IMG/VR virus record: IMGVR_UViG_3300037606_000137
Coordinates: 32,001-96,000 of that record
Length of the DNA: 64,000 bases
Reading direction: 5' to 3' (one strand)
Source of the DNA: a virus
The position numbers were made by a program, and so were the translations under genes. Positions 52,874 to 62,155 of this stretch are shown here, one piece after another; within the stretch, counting starts at the first letter, position 1; each line of letters begins with the position of its first letter. The notes beneath the pieces are model-generated. The model was not told the DNA's origin, did not search any database, and saw only the letters and a list, made by a program, of their open reading frames with translations.

Positions 52874-53925
52874 TGAAAGGTAAATCATTTAGTTTTTTTC
52901 GTTATAACAAATTCACATTTGGTGAACAAGTTGTATCACAATTTGTATTATTTGAATGTAAATTTTTATTTAGTATAATATTATTTTATTTTCATAAAAC
53001 AAATGGAACACAAGACCGTTATCATACACACGCATTTAATTCTTTAAGCGTTAAATTGTGGGGTAATTATAACGAATATATTTTATTAACTAAAGATCCA
53101 CAAAGTTTTAATATTAAAAAACGTACAAAAACTTTTAAATATTTTTCAAAAAACGTATATCATAAAATTGGTAAATCTAATGGGTGTTGTACAATATTAT
53201 TTTCTGGTTCATGGGATAAAACATGGGAAGAATTTTTAAATGAAAAAACATATACATATAATTGGAATAGAAAATGAAAGCAAATATAAATATAGAAGAA
53301 ATTGTTTATAATTATAAAACAGAACATATTTCTGGTTTTACATCAACAGAAGTTTTAAATATTAAAAAGTGTTTTAATTTTATAAATGAAAAAAAATTCA
53401 ATGTTGCATTAATGGGAATCAGTTGTACTCGTATTAATAATGAATTAATAATATATCACCAAGATGTAATTACAGCATTAAAATGTGGTATAGATGGTAG
53501 AAATATGTACGAAAGTGAATTTGATTAATTGTGGAATTTAAATTTTATAAAAACTTTGAAAACAAATGGTATATTGATATACCTAATTGGACTGGATCTA
53601 TAGATGATTTAGAAATGGTTTCTGGTGCTGATGTAATGTTAAATATTATGACACAAGGTGATAATGAAATATATTTAACAATTTCTGATAAACCTTTTGA
53701 ATTAATACCATTGGTTAAAAACTTAGATAATTCACATGTTGATATAAGTAAATATAAACATCCAAAAAATACAATATTAACAAAAATTAAAAACACTCCT
53801 GATATTGGTGGTGCTGAATATAATTTTGATCAATGGTGTGGAATTGATTACAACATCACTATTTGGTTGTGTGGTGTCACTGAACACGTTTTTAGCTATC
53901 TACCTGATAGAATATATATAATATA

Positions 53926-53954
53926 GAAAAGGACGCATTTAATGCGTCCTTTTC
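53926..53954. terminator. Bidirectional intrinsic terminator
   Basis: GAAAAGGACGCAT/ATGCGTCCTTTTC between convergent genes. Confidence 0.8.
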
Positions 53955-53963
53955 ACTTTATAA

Positions 53964-54608
53964 TTATTTAATTAATTGTGCATATTTATATGTTAATGCT
54001 TTACGATCATCTAAACCATTTGTTCCACCATTTATACGTTTAGATATTTTTAAAATTGTTGCATCATTAATACCACCTTTACACATATCCCATATTTTAT
54101 TTTTATCAAAGAAATATATTGCACTTTCAAAAGCATATATATCTGCAACAATATCTGGTGTAGACATAATTTCTGTTTTTTTTATAGAATTTGCAAAAGC
54201 TTGATAATTTGCACGTCCTGTTAATTGTATTGCACCACGGCCTCTAAATTTCCAACCATCACCAGATGCTTCATTTCCATTACCATTTTGATTCGCATAT
54301 ACGAAATTTGCTATTGGTTCAGGTTTGCGTGATAAAGTATTAGCTTTTATTTTTTCATTTGCTTCAATAATTCTATTTTTATTAATATCAAAATCAGATT
54401 TGAATGTTATTAATAATCCACTAGCTGAATAATTTAAATTTTCACTAAAAGCTTTAAACTTTCCGGTTTCATGGCCACATTGAGCAAAAAAATGTACCAT
54501 ATGATCTAAAGGCTTATTAAAAAAAATTGCAGCTTTTGTTATTGTTTCTTTACCAAAACTACCATCAGGTTTAGCTCCTATTTTTTGTTGTAATTTTATT
54601 AAACTCAT
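53964..54608 (-). CDS. GH19-family endolysin
   Basis: FFAQCGHETG; ENLNYS; GDGWKFRGRGAIQLTGR.NY; INGG.NGL.DR. Confidence 0.92.
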   Translation of the reverse strand: MSLIKLQQKIGAKPDGSFGKETITKAAIFFNKPLDHMVHFFAQCGHETGKFKAFSENLNYSASGLLITFKSDFDINKNRIIEANEKIKANTLSRKPEPIANFVYANQNGNGNEASGDGWKFRGRGAIQLTGRANYQAFANSIKKTEIMSTPDIVADIYAFESAIYFFDKNKIWDMCKGGINDATILKISKRINGGTNGLDDRKALTYKYAQLIK

Positions 54609-54630
54609 TTTATTTTATTTCATTTTGTTT

Positions 54631-54999
54631 TTATTTATAAATAATATTTACATTATTTACACCAAGATCTATATTTATTATTCCAATATCTTGTACAGTA
54701 CCAGATAATATATAAACGTTTATAATATAATCATTTGTAGATAATTCTGGGATATGTTCTTCAAATTGTTCTTTAATACTATCTTGTATAGTTGTTGCTG
54801 GGAAACTTGTTTTCCATAAATATTTTGGTATATCAGCACCAAAATCTGGATTGCCTAAAACATCACCTTTATTTGTCATTAAAATAACATACATTTTAGA
54901 AATAACTGTATCTAAAAATGTAGTTGTTTCAATTTGTGTTTCGTTATAAAATGGATCAGTTGTTCCTTTTATATAAATATCTGATATATCCGTTGCCAT
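54631..54999 (-). CDS. Baseplate wedge gp25-like protein
   Basis: ILMTNKGDVLGNPDFG..I..YLW. Confidence 0.8.
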   Translation of the reverse strand: MATDISDIYIKGTTDPFYNETQIETTTFLDTVISKMYVILMTNKGDVLGNPDFGADIPKYLWKTSFPATTIQDSIKEQFEEHIPELSTNDYIINVYILSGTVQDIGIINIDLGVNNVNIIYK

Positions 55000-55014
55000 A
55001 CGTTATATATTAAT

Positions 55015-55758
55015 TTATACTGTTATCTTATAAGTATTATTTTTATTATAAAAGTTTTTATGAAACATACAAGTGATAACTTTAAATGTAATTACATCAG
55101 TTTTTTTATTTGATAACAATGAACCAACAACATTTAAATCATTAGTTGAATTATGAATTAAAACTGGATCATTTATATTTAAAGTGTTATCAATTAATAA
55201 ATCAATTATTTGTTCTGTTGCATTATCTACAGTTTGTTTAATATCACCATTCTTAATATATTCACTAGATCTACCTTGTCTTTCCATTGAATGCATTGAA
55301 TGTTTTAAATCTAATTCAATTGTAATAGTTTTTGTAATTTTACCAATGTTTGCAACTGTATCAAAAGCATAATCTTCATTCATATCTACACTAATATATG
55401 ATTTAGCAATATCTATAAAATTTGTAACTTCATTTGATTTATATGTATCTAAAGATGCAATAACATCTTGTTGTACATTATCATCTTCATCATCATATCT
55501 ACGAATTAAATCATAACTAATTTCCCATGTTGTTGTACTATCAGATTCTACAATAAAATAACCATCAGATAAATCACCAGAAATATTCCATGCATGAATT
55601 CCGGCCCAATCTGTACTTGTAACAGATTCTTTTGTGAATGTATTATTTAATGTTTGTACAAAAGTTTTTTTAAATCTTTTAATTTCAATTTCTTCATGAG
55701 ATATATCACCCATAGACTCATTTATGTATTGTTTGAATTCTTTTATATTTGTTATCAT
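55015..55758 (-). CDS. Putative internal head protein
   Basis: MITNIKEFKQYINES leader. Confidence 0.5.
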   Translation of the reverse strand: MITNIKEFKQYINESMGDISHEEIEIKRFKKTFVQTLNNTFTKESVTSTDWAGIHAWNISGDLSDGYFIVESDSTTTWEISYDLIRRYDDEDDNVQQDVIASLDTYKSNEVTNFIDIAKSYISVDMNEDYAFDTVANIGKITKTITIELDLKHSMHSMERQGRSSEYIKNGDIKQTVDNATEQIIDLLIDNTLNINDPVLIHNSTNDLNVVGSLLSNKKTDVITFKVITCMFHKNFYNKNNTYKITV

Positions 55759-55775
55759 AATATTTATTTATATTT

Positions 55776-56531
55776 TTAATTAGTTTTATTGAAAAAGAAT
55801 GATGCTCTTGTAATACCTTTAATATATTCTTTTGTTTCTATAACAAGTTTGTCACCACGATCATAAATACGATCTGTGCTTATTTTTGAGTTACCTGCTA
55901 ATTCCATGTCAACAAAAGACAAGTGTGTTGCATAATCCATCATTGCCATACCTGTAACATATTTAATAAACCATGGATCAGCGAATAAAAATTGTTCAGG
56001 TATAGATGCATAAACTTCTAATATTAAATTATTACGTAATGATGTTTGAACTTCAAATCTTTTACTATTTGGATCAAATGCAAACTTAACGGTAGTTTTA
56101 ACAAACATAGAAATTGCATCTTGTAATGTTTGCATTACACCTACAGATTGTGCAAATTCAGAAACATTAATAGCTGCAACATATGGTGTTGATGTCATTC
56201 CTAAAGCAACGCTGTTATTAGGCATTAAATATCCTAAATTACGCATATTACTAAAATTAACATTATAAATCCATCTGATAGCTTGTATTTCTTTAGGTAA
56301 TGTTATAAACTTTACACCATTTGAATTGTTTTTAAATAATGATTGTAAATCAACGTAATAATATGTTCGTTGTGTTGCATATTTGTATTCACGATAAAAC
56401 CAAGGTAATGCATCATATTGAATAACTCTTTCAATATTTTCATTACCTAATGTATACGGAAGTTTACAATTGAATGTAATATTTTGTCGAATTATATCAA
56501 TAAATTCATCTAGGCCATATTCATTTTCCAT
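55776..56531 (-). CDS. Putative neck/head-completion protein (gp13-like)
   Basis: Size, LFADPWFIKYV..ELAGN..I pattern, and position next to gp25. Confidence 0.55.
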   Translation of the reverse strand: MENEYGLDEFIDIIRQNITFNCKLPYTLGNENIERVIQYDALPWFYREYKYATQRTYYYVDLQSLFKNNSNGVKFITLPKEIQAIRWIYNVNFSNMRNLGYLMPNNSVALGMTSTPYVAAINVSEFAQSVGVMQTLQDAISMFVKTTVKFAFDPNSKRFEVQTSLRNNLILEVYASIPEQFLFADPWFIKYVTGMAMMDYATHLSFVDMELAGNSKISTDRIYDRGDKLVIETKEYIKGITRASFFFNKTN

Positions 56532-56534
56532 TAT

Positions 56535-57872
56535 TTATTTTAAATCTTTTTTCTTTTTATCAATTGGATTTACTCTCCAAAAAGTATCTTTATTTGCCAT
56601 TTTAACACTCATATCAATATCTGCATCAGATCCAACAGTTCCAGATCTAAATACACCGTTTTTCATTATACAATTTAATGTACCACCATCAAATAAACAG
56701 TTATTTAATTCAGTCCATTCTAAACCATTACAATTAGATAATCTAGTATTTGTTATTTCAGATTCATATATATTTGAATTATAAATATGTCCATTTTCAA
56801 TAGTTGTACCAATAATATCACAGTTAAAAATTGTACAATTTTTAATTTGACAATCAATAAAATCAACATGTTTAATATAATGTATATTATTTAATAAACC
56901 ATTTAATAATTCTAATCTATTTGTAGTACTATTATAATTAATTGTTAAATCGTTAATACTATCACATGAACGAATCACTTCAAATAATTTATTTTTAAAT
57001 TTATCCCATGACATTTTAATCATTTTATATGATGCGTTTTTATCTACTTGAACATTAACCCCTGATATATTAGCTAAAAAGTCATCATATGTTTTATATT
57101 GTTTCATCCAATTAATATTATCTTCTAAATATGATAATAATTTAATTTGATCTTCATCGTTTAAATCATTAGTTATTGCCAAACGTGTTTGTAATATAAA
57201 ATAATCCATTGCTGATAATATTTCATCAGTTTTTTCTTCATATTTTTCTCCACCAATATATCTAAATTCTAAATAACCATTAATTTTTTTTTGAAAGTTT
57301 ATACCATAATATTTAGTATTATCTGGTATTTTTAATGTTTGTAAAATTGAATCTAAAGCTGATTGTGAATTACACCAATCTTCAAATGGTACGATCCATT
57401 TAATAGATCTCGCATAAATATTATTACGTCTAGTAGGAAATAAATCATAAACAAAATCTTCATTGAAATTTAAAATTAATTTAATAGGATTTAAATCCAT
57501 CATTTTAATATCTGTAAATGAAATATTTATATGTATTGAACAATGATCATCAGTATATCCATGTTTTTTAATAAATTCTAACATTTTAATAATAATAACT
57601 CTTGCATCAATCCAAGACATTTGTCCTGTAATTAATTCAACCATTTCTGATCCACCAGAATAATCGGGTTCTATTTTAAAATGTTTATCATCAACTTTAA
57701 ATGCAGAATGATAAACATTAAAACCCCATATCTCTATTGGCTGAAATTCTAAATTTAATAATTCCATTGTTTTAATATAAGAATAGTTTGAAAAAAATTC
57801 AAACTCCAATCCAATAACCGCAGTTTGTAAGTCTTTCCAATTATTAATAAATTTGTTATTAAATGAATTCAT
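56535..57872 (-). CDS. Amidoligase (COOH-NH2 ligase) family protein with C-terminal beta-helix
   Basis: IGLEFEF; IEPDYS; ELIT; CSIHINISF; KYYGINF; LEFR. Confidence 0.75.
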   Translation of the reverse strand: MNSFNNKFINNWKDLQTAVIGLEFEFFSNYSYIKTMELLNLEFQPIEIWGFNVYHSAFKVDDKHFKIEPDYSGGSEMVELITGQMSWIDARVIIIKMLEFIKKHGYTDDHCSIHINISFTDIKMMDLNPIKLILNFNEDFVYDLFPTRRNNIYARSIKWIVPFEDWCNSQSALDSILQTLKIPDNTKYYGINFQKKINGYLEFRYIGGEKYEEKTDEILSAMDYFILQTRLAITNDLNDEDQIKLLSYLEDNINWMKQYKTYDDFLANISGVNVQVDKNASYKMIKMSWDKFKNKLFEVIRSCDSINDLTINYNSTTNRLELLNGLLNNIHYIKHVDFIDCQIKNCTIFNCDIIGTTIENGHIYNSNIYESEITNTRLSNCNGLEWTELNNCLFDGGTLNCIMKNGVFRSGTVGSDADIDMSVKMANKDTFWRVNPIDKKKKDLK

Positions 57873-59037
57873 ATGTTTTATATATTAAAAAAGTCCATCA
57901 TTAATGATAGACTTTTTATGTAATTTGTTTTTATTTATTTTGATTTAATATCATTAAGTAATGATATTTTATCTCGAATGCTATCTTTTAAACATTCTTC
58001 TAATTGATCTGTTTCAAATTGAATATTTTCAATTGTTAATTTACGGTATACACGATTATAAATGAATTTATAATTATCTTCATCAATATTTAAAAAATTC
58101 ATTAAATGTATCGGTTTTATACCTTCACTAATATAATCATTTAATACATCATTAATATAAAAGTAAATCTTATTTATAATCATAGTTTATCTATTAAAAT
58201 ATTGTTCTAATTTAGCTTTTAATACCAATTTATGGTAATCTGTTTCAATAGAATTTTTTTTAGTTTCATACATTGCAATAATATTATTATATGCAATATT
58301 CATTTCTTCTTCTTCGGTATTATTTAATTGTGCTGATTCTTTAACTGTTTCAACTACATTTAATGAATTCATTTCATAATCAACAACATTATCAATTGAA
58401 TCTATTACACTATCAACTAATTCACCTGCATTACTTTCAGAATTTGCTACAACTGTACCTTCTATTTTAACAGTTGCCATATACTTATATGTTTTAGTTT
58501 CATCTTGTTCTTTTATTAATTCTGTTAAGTTTCTCATTTTGTTTTTTATTTGTTTTTTATTTTATAAAATTTCATTCATTAACTCGTTTATTAATGATAT
58601 TGATTTTGTATTTATTTCTTCGTTATTCATATCACTAATAGATACAAAATCAATATCATTACCATTATCATCAATAAAGTATTTAGAATAATTAATTGAT
58701 TTAATATTTATATCATAATTATCATCTGAATATTCAGCTGGTTGTAATTGTGTTTCTCCCGTTTCTAATTTACCGCCATTATTTATTACAGTATATTCAA
58801 AATCTAACTGTTCATCAAAATCCACTTCTTCATTTCTTATAGAAACTTCAGCATTGAACATTTCACCTGGATTTTCATATCCATTATTACTTGTTATAAC
58901 GAATTTACCAACTTTCAAATCTGTATGAATTTTACGTTTAAAATCATATTTATAATTAGTAATTATAAAATCAATTATTTCGATGGTTCTATTTTTTGAA
59001 AAATCTCTATCAGATTTGAATTCTTCAAATAATTTAA

Positions 59038-59658
59038 TTATAATTTTCTTTTCCATTTTAATTGTGTGCTAATATTTTTTGCATTACATTGTTGTAATAA
59101 TTTCATAATAGTATTTCTGTTTTTATCATTCAATTTATCAATTGAATTTATAAAAAATATATTATTTTCATATAACGATTTAAAATCATTTTTAGTTATT
59201 TGTGTATTTAATATCTTAGTTAATTTTTCAATCTTTAAATTTTCTTTTACATACATTACACATTCAAACGGAAATTCATTTTCAGTCATATCTGTTGTAA
59301 ATGTTAATGGATTTTCTGGATATTCATCATCTGGAATATTATCTAAAATTTCTACAATTTCACCCATATTATTTTGTACAAATGCAACAGATATATCATC
59401 TGGTGCTTGTGTAGGATCAACAAATATTTTTTGTACCATTCCAATTGTGTCTGGTTTAGACATATCAAAATCTTTAGCATACATTGCAATATCTAAACAT
59501 TGTTTAGACACAACACTATTTATTGTTTTATCTGCTGGAAAATTAATATCATCTGAATTTGAAACAGCAATTTCGTTGATTTGTTTATTTTTAAACTCAC
59601 AAACAGCTATAGCAATTAGAGTTTGTTTCTTTTTCCACTCATTTAAAGATATAATCAT
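59038..59658 (-). CDS. Hypothetical protein (late gene cluster 57935-59658)
   Basis: One of four coupled minus-strand ORFs. Confidence 0.55.
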   Translation of the reverse strand: MIISLNEWKKKQTLIAIAVCEFKNKQINEIAVSNSDDINFPADKTINSVVSKQCLDIAMYAKDFDMSKPDTIGMVQKIFVDPTQAPDDISVAFVQNNMGEIVEILDNIPDDEYPENPLTFTTDMTENEFPFECVMYVKENLKIEKLTKILNTQITKNDFKSLYENNIFFINSIDKLNDKNRNTIMKLLQQCNAKNISTQLKWKRKL

Positions 59659-59695
59659 ATTTAAAATTGTATTTATTTGTATTATATATATTTAT

Positions 59696-60580
59696 TTAAA
59701 AATTGAATTCATCATAATTTTCATCGTCTACATCTTGTTTAAATGCACCAACCGTATAAGAAATTATTTCTTCTTCCTGTGTATTAACATACATATCATA
59801 ATGATATAATTTCCAGCCTTGTGTTTTACCGTATTTGGGCGCAATAGATGTATTAATTCGTTTATCTAATGTTGATTTAGATATATTGTATTTTTTACAA
59901 AAATCTATTATATCATTACCTTTTACATTATATACACCATTTAATGATGATGTAAATATATAATTTAATGCACGTTTACTTTTTTTCCCTTTATTGGCTT
60001 TCCCTATTTTATTTCTTATTTCTTGTGTAACTTCAACACCATATCTAGCATTACCTTTACCACTCTGTAATTTCGATAATAATTTTAATGTTTCTGTTGT
60101 ATGTTTTTTTCCTTTAAAATATCCACCTGCATCTTTTTGTAATTTGTTTCTTAATTTTCTTTGTATTTTAGCTTTTTCAACACCATATATTTCTTCATAT
60201 GTTTTACCGGCATGATTAGGAGGTCGATTATCAATACAAAAATTACATAAAGTTCCACGTTTAATAGTTTCACCATCAATTGTTCCTATTTCTTTAATTA
60301 AAATAGATTCTAAATCATATACAATACTTTCATTTGTATTTTGATTTATTTCTATAATAAATGGATTTAAATTCAATTTAAATATTTTATCTAATTTATT
60401 ATATAAAATTGAATTTATTCTACTTTTACGGTTTGTTTTATAATATGTTATATGATTATTTTTTCTCTTGTTTTTACCTTTTCCAACATAAATTGGTTCA
60501 TATAAAAAACAAATATCATTATATTCATATTTTCCTGGTTTTCTTGGGTCTAAATATATGTAATTATAAAAAATATCCAT
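59696..60580 (-). CDS. GIY-YIG homing endonuclease fused in frame to a copy of the NrdB C-terminal tail
   Basis: YNYIYLDPRK..PIYVGKGK..R..H; NUMOD3 GKKHTTET; ends QEEEIISYTVGAFKQDVDDENYDEFNF. Confidence 0.85.
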   Translation of the reverse strand: MDIFYNYIYLDPRKPGKYEYNDICFLYEPIYVGKGKNKRKNNHITYYKTNRKSRINSILYNKLDKIFKLNLNPFIIEINQNTNESIVYDLESILIKEIGTIDGETIKRGTLCNFCIDNRPPNHAGKTYEEIYGVEKAKIQRKLRNKLQKDAGGYFKGKKHTTETLKLLSKLQSGKGNARYGVEVTQEIRNKIGKANKGKKSKRALNYIFTSSLNGVYNVKGNDIIDFCKKYNISKSTLDKRINTSIAPKYGKTQGWKLYHYDMYVNTQEEEIISYTVGAFKQDVDDENYDEFNF

Positions 60581-61016
60581 TAGTATTAATCGTTGTATTT
60601 ATTGTTTCTATTTTGTATTCAGAATATAATATTTGTTTAAAAATATTTATATTTTTTCCATAAACAAACAATTTTTTATCATAAATACGACATGGTGTAA
60701 TATCTAAAACGTTTTTTGTTTTTTTGTTAATAACAACAGAATGTAAAATACATAATAATGTTGTGTTTTCTTTATTAATTAATACATAAAAACCTAATAA
60801 TTTATCATATGTTTTATTTTTTTTAATGAATATATTAACATTATTATGACAATTATTTTCACCATATATACTAAAATTTGTATTTGTAGATAATAATTCA
60901 ATTGAATCATTATTAATAAAAACTTCTAATTTTTTAAATATTTTAGAAGTTTTTATTGGTAAATACCACTTATGTATTATATCCGATTTAAAAATTGAAT
61001 TCATCATAATTTTCAT
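60564..61016 (-). CDS. Hypothetical passenger gene in the cassette
   Basis: NCH.NV..HSVV..DITP. Confidence 0.5.
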   Translation of the reverse strand: MKIMMNSIFKSDIIHKWYLPIKTSKIFKKLEVFINNDSIELLSTNTNFSIYGENNCHNNVNIFIKKNKTYDKLLGFYVLINKENTTLLCILHSVVINKKTKNVLDITPCRIYDKKLFVYGKNINIFKQILYSEYKIETINTTINTNGYFL

Positions 61017-62061
61017 CGTCTACATCTTGTTTAAATGCACCAACCGTATAAGAAATTATTTGTTCTTCCTGTGGTGCTTCCTGAACAGTATTACCACCAA
61101 TCCAATTACCAATCCATGAAATTGGGTTTTTAACTTTATCAAAAATTGGATCTAATTTTATCATTTTTAATCGATTATTAGTTAACCATTGCATATATTC
61201 AATTAATATATCTGAATTTAACCCAATAATAGATCCATCTTTAAATAAATATTTAGCCCATTCAATTTCTTCATCTGCTGCATCTTTATACATTTGAATA
61301 ACCGTTTCTTTACAATCTTCTGCAATTTGTAGAAAACCTTCACTTTCATCTTCACCCATGCGTTTTAAAACAAATGAACTAAAACCCATATGTAAATTTT
61401 CATCTCTTGCAATTAACGATATAATTTTAGCATTACCTGTCATTTTTTTATTTTGTGCAAAAGCAAAAGAACATGCAAATGATACATAAAATCTAATACC
61501 TTCTAAAATGTTAATAGAAACTAAAGTTAAATATAATTTCTTCTTTCTATCATATTCAGATTCATCTGGTATTTTATTAATCAATGCATCGTAATATTTT
61601 GTAACCGAACTTGCTCTTTTAATAATTTCTTCATCTTCTAAAATATTATCCAATACTTCTGTAGGATTTGTATAAATTTGTTTAATAATATATGTGTACG
61701 AATATGAATGTATTGTTTCAGAAAACTCCCATGCTTTAGCAAATGCCTCTATTTCAGAATTTGTACAATTTTCTAATAAATTAGAAATACCTCGTGATTG
61801 AATACTGTCTAGTAATATTTGGTACCCAAGATTTTTTGTAAATATAAATTTCTCATGTTCAGATAAATTATTAAAATCACTTTTATCTTTACTTACATTA
61901 ATTTCTTCTGGTCTCCAAAAGTATGATAATTGTTGTTTAAACATATTAAACAATTTTTCATATTTTGGTTGATCATATCGTTGTATTCCCATTCCTTCTT
62001 TACCGAAAAAAATTGGTTGTAACGAATTTTTTTTTTGATTTGTATTTATTATTGATTTCAT
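60988..62061 (-). CDS. nrdB: Ribonucleotide reductase class Ia beta subunit
   Basis: FWRPEEI, LLDSIQ, ETIHSYSY, LEGIRFYVSFAC, RDENLH. Confidence 0.97.
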   Translation of the reverse strand: MKSIINTNQKKNSLQPIFFGKEGMGIQRYDQPKYEKLFNMFKQQLSYFWRPEEINVSKDKSDFNNLSEHEKFIFTKNLGYQILLDSIQSRGISNLLENCTNSEIEAFAKAWEFSETIHSYSYTYIIKQIYTNPTEVLDNILEDEEIIKRASSVTKYYDALINKIPDESEYDRKKKLYLTLVSINILEGIRFYVSFACSFAFAQNKKMTGNAKIISLIARDENLHMGFSSFVLKRMGEDESEGFLQIAEDCKETVIQMYKDAADEEIEWAKYLFKDGSIIGLNSDILIEYMQWLTNNRLKMIKLDPIFDKVKNPISWIGNWIGGNTVQEAPQEEQIISYTVGAFKQDVDDENYDEFNF

Positions 62062-62155
62062 ATTATTTATTTGTTTATTTTATATAAATAATAAAGAAAA
62101 ATGTTTATATAATACATAAACATTTTTCTTTATTTATTTTATGTTTTATATTGTT

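Larger units (their letters stand above)
59694..61073. repeat. 88-bp direct repeat (59694-59781, 60986-61073; 1 mismatch) flanking the endonuclease cassette
   Basis: Direct comparison; mismatch 59770 C versus 61062 G. Confidence 0.92.

Noticed and set aside
59066-59809. 247-aa plus-strand ORF and similar shadow ORFs (1124-1408, 33012-33242, 33528-33848, 36571-36972)
   Set aside because: Antisense to better-supported genes or tRNAs, with the F/I/L/S-rich composition typical of reverse frames.
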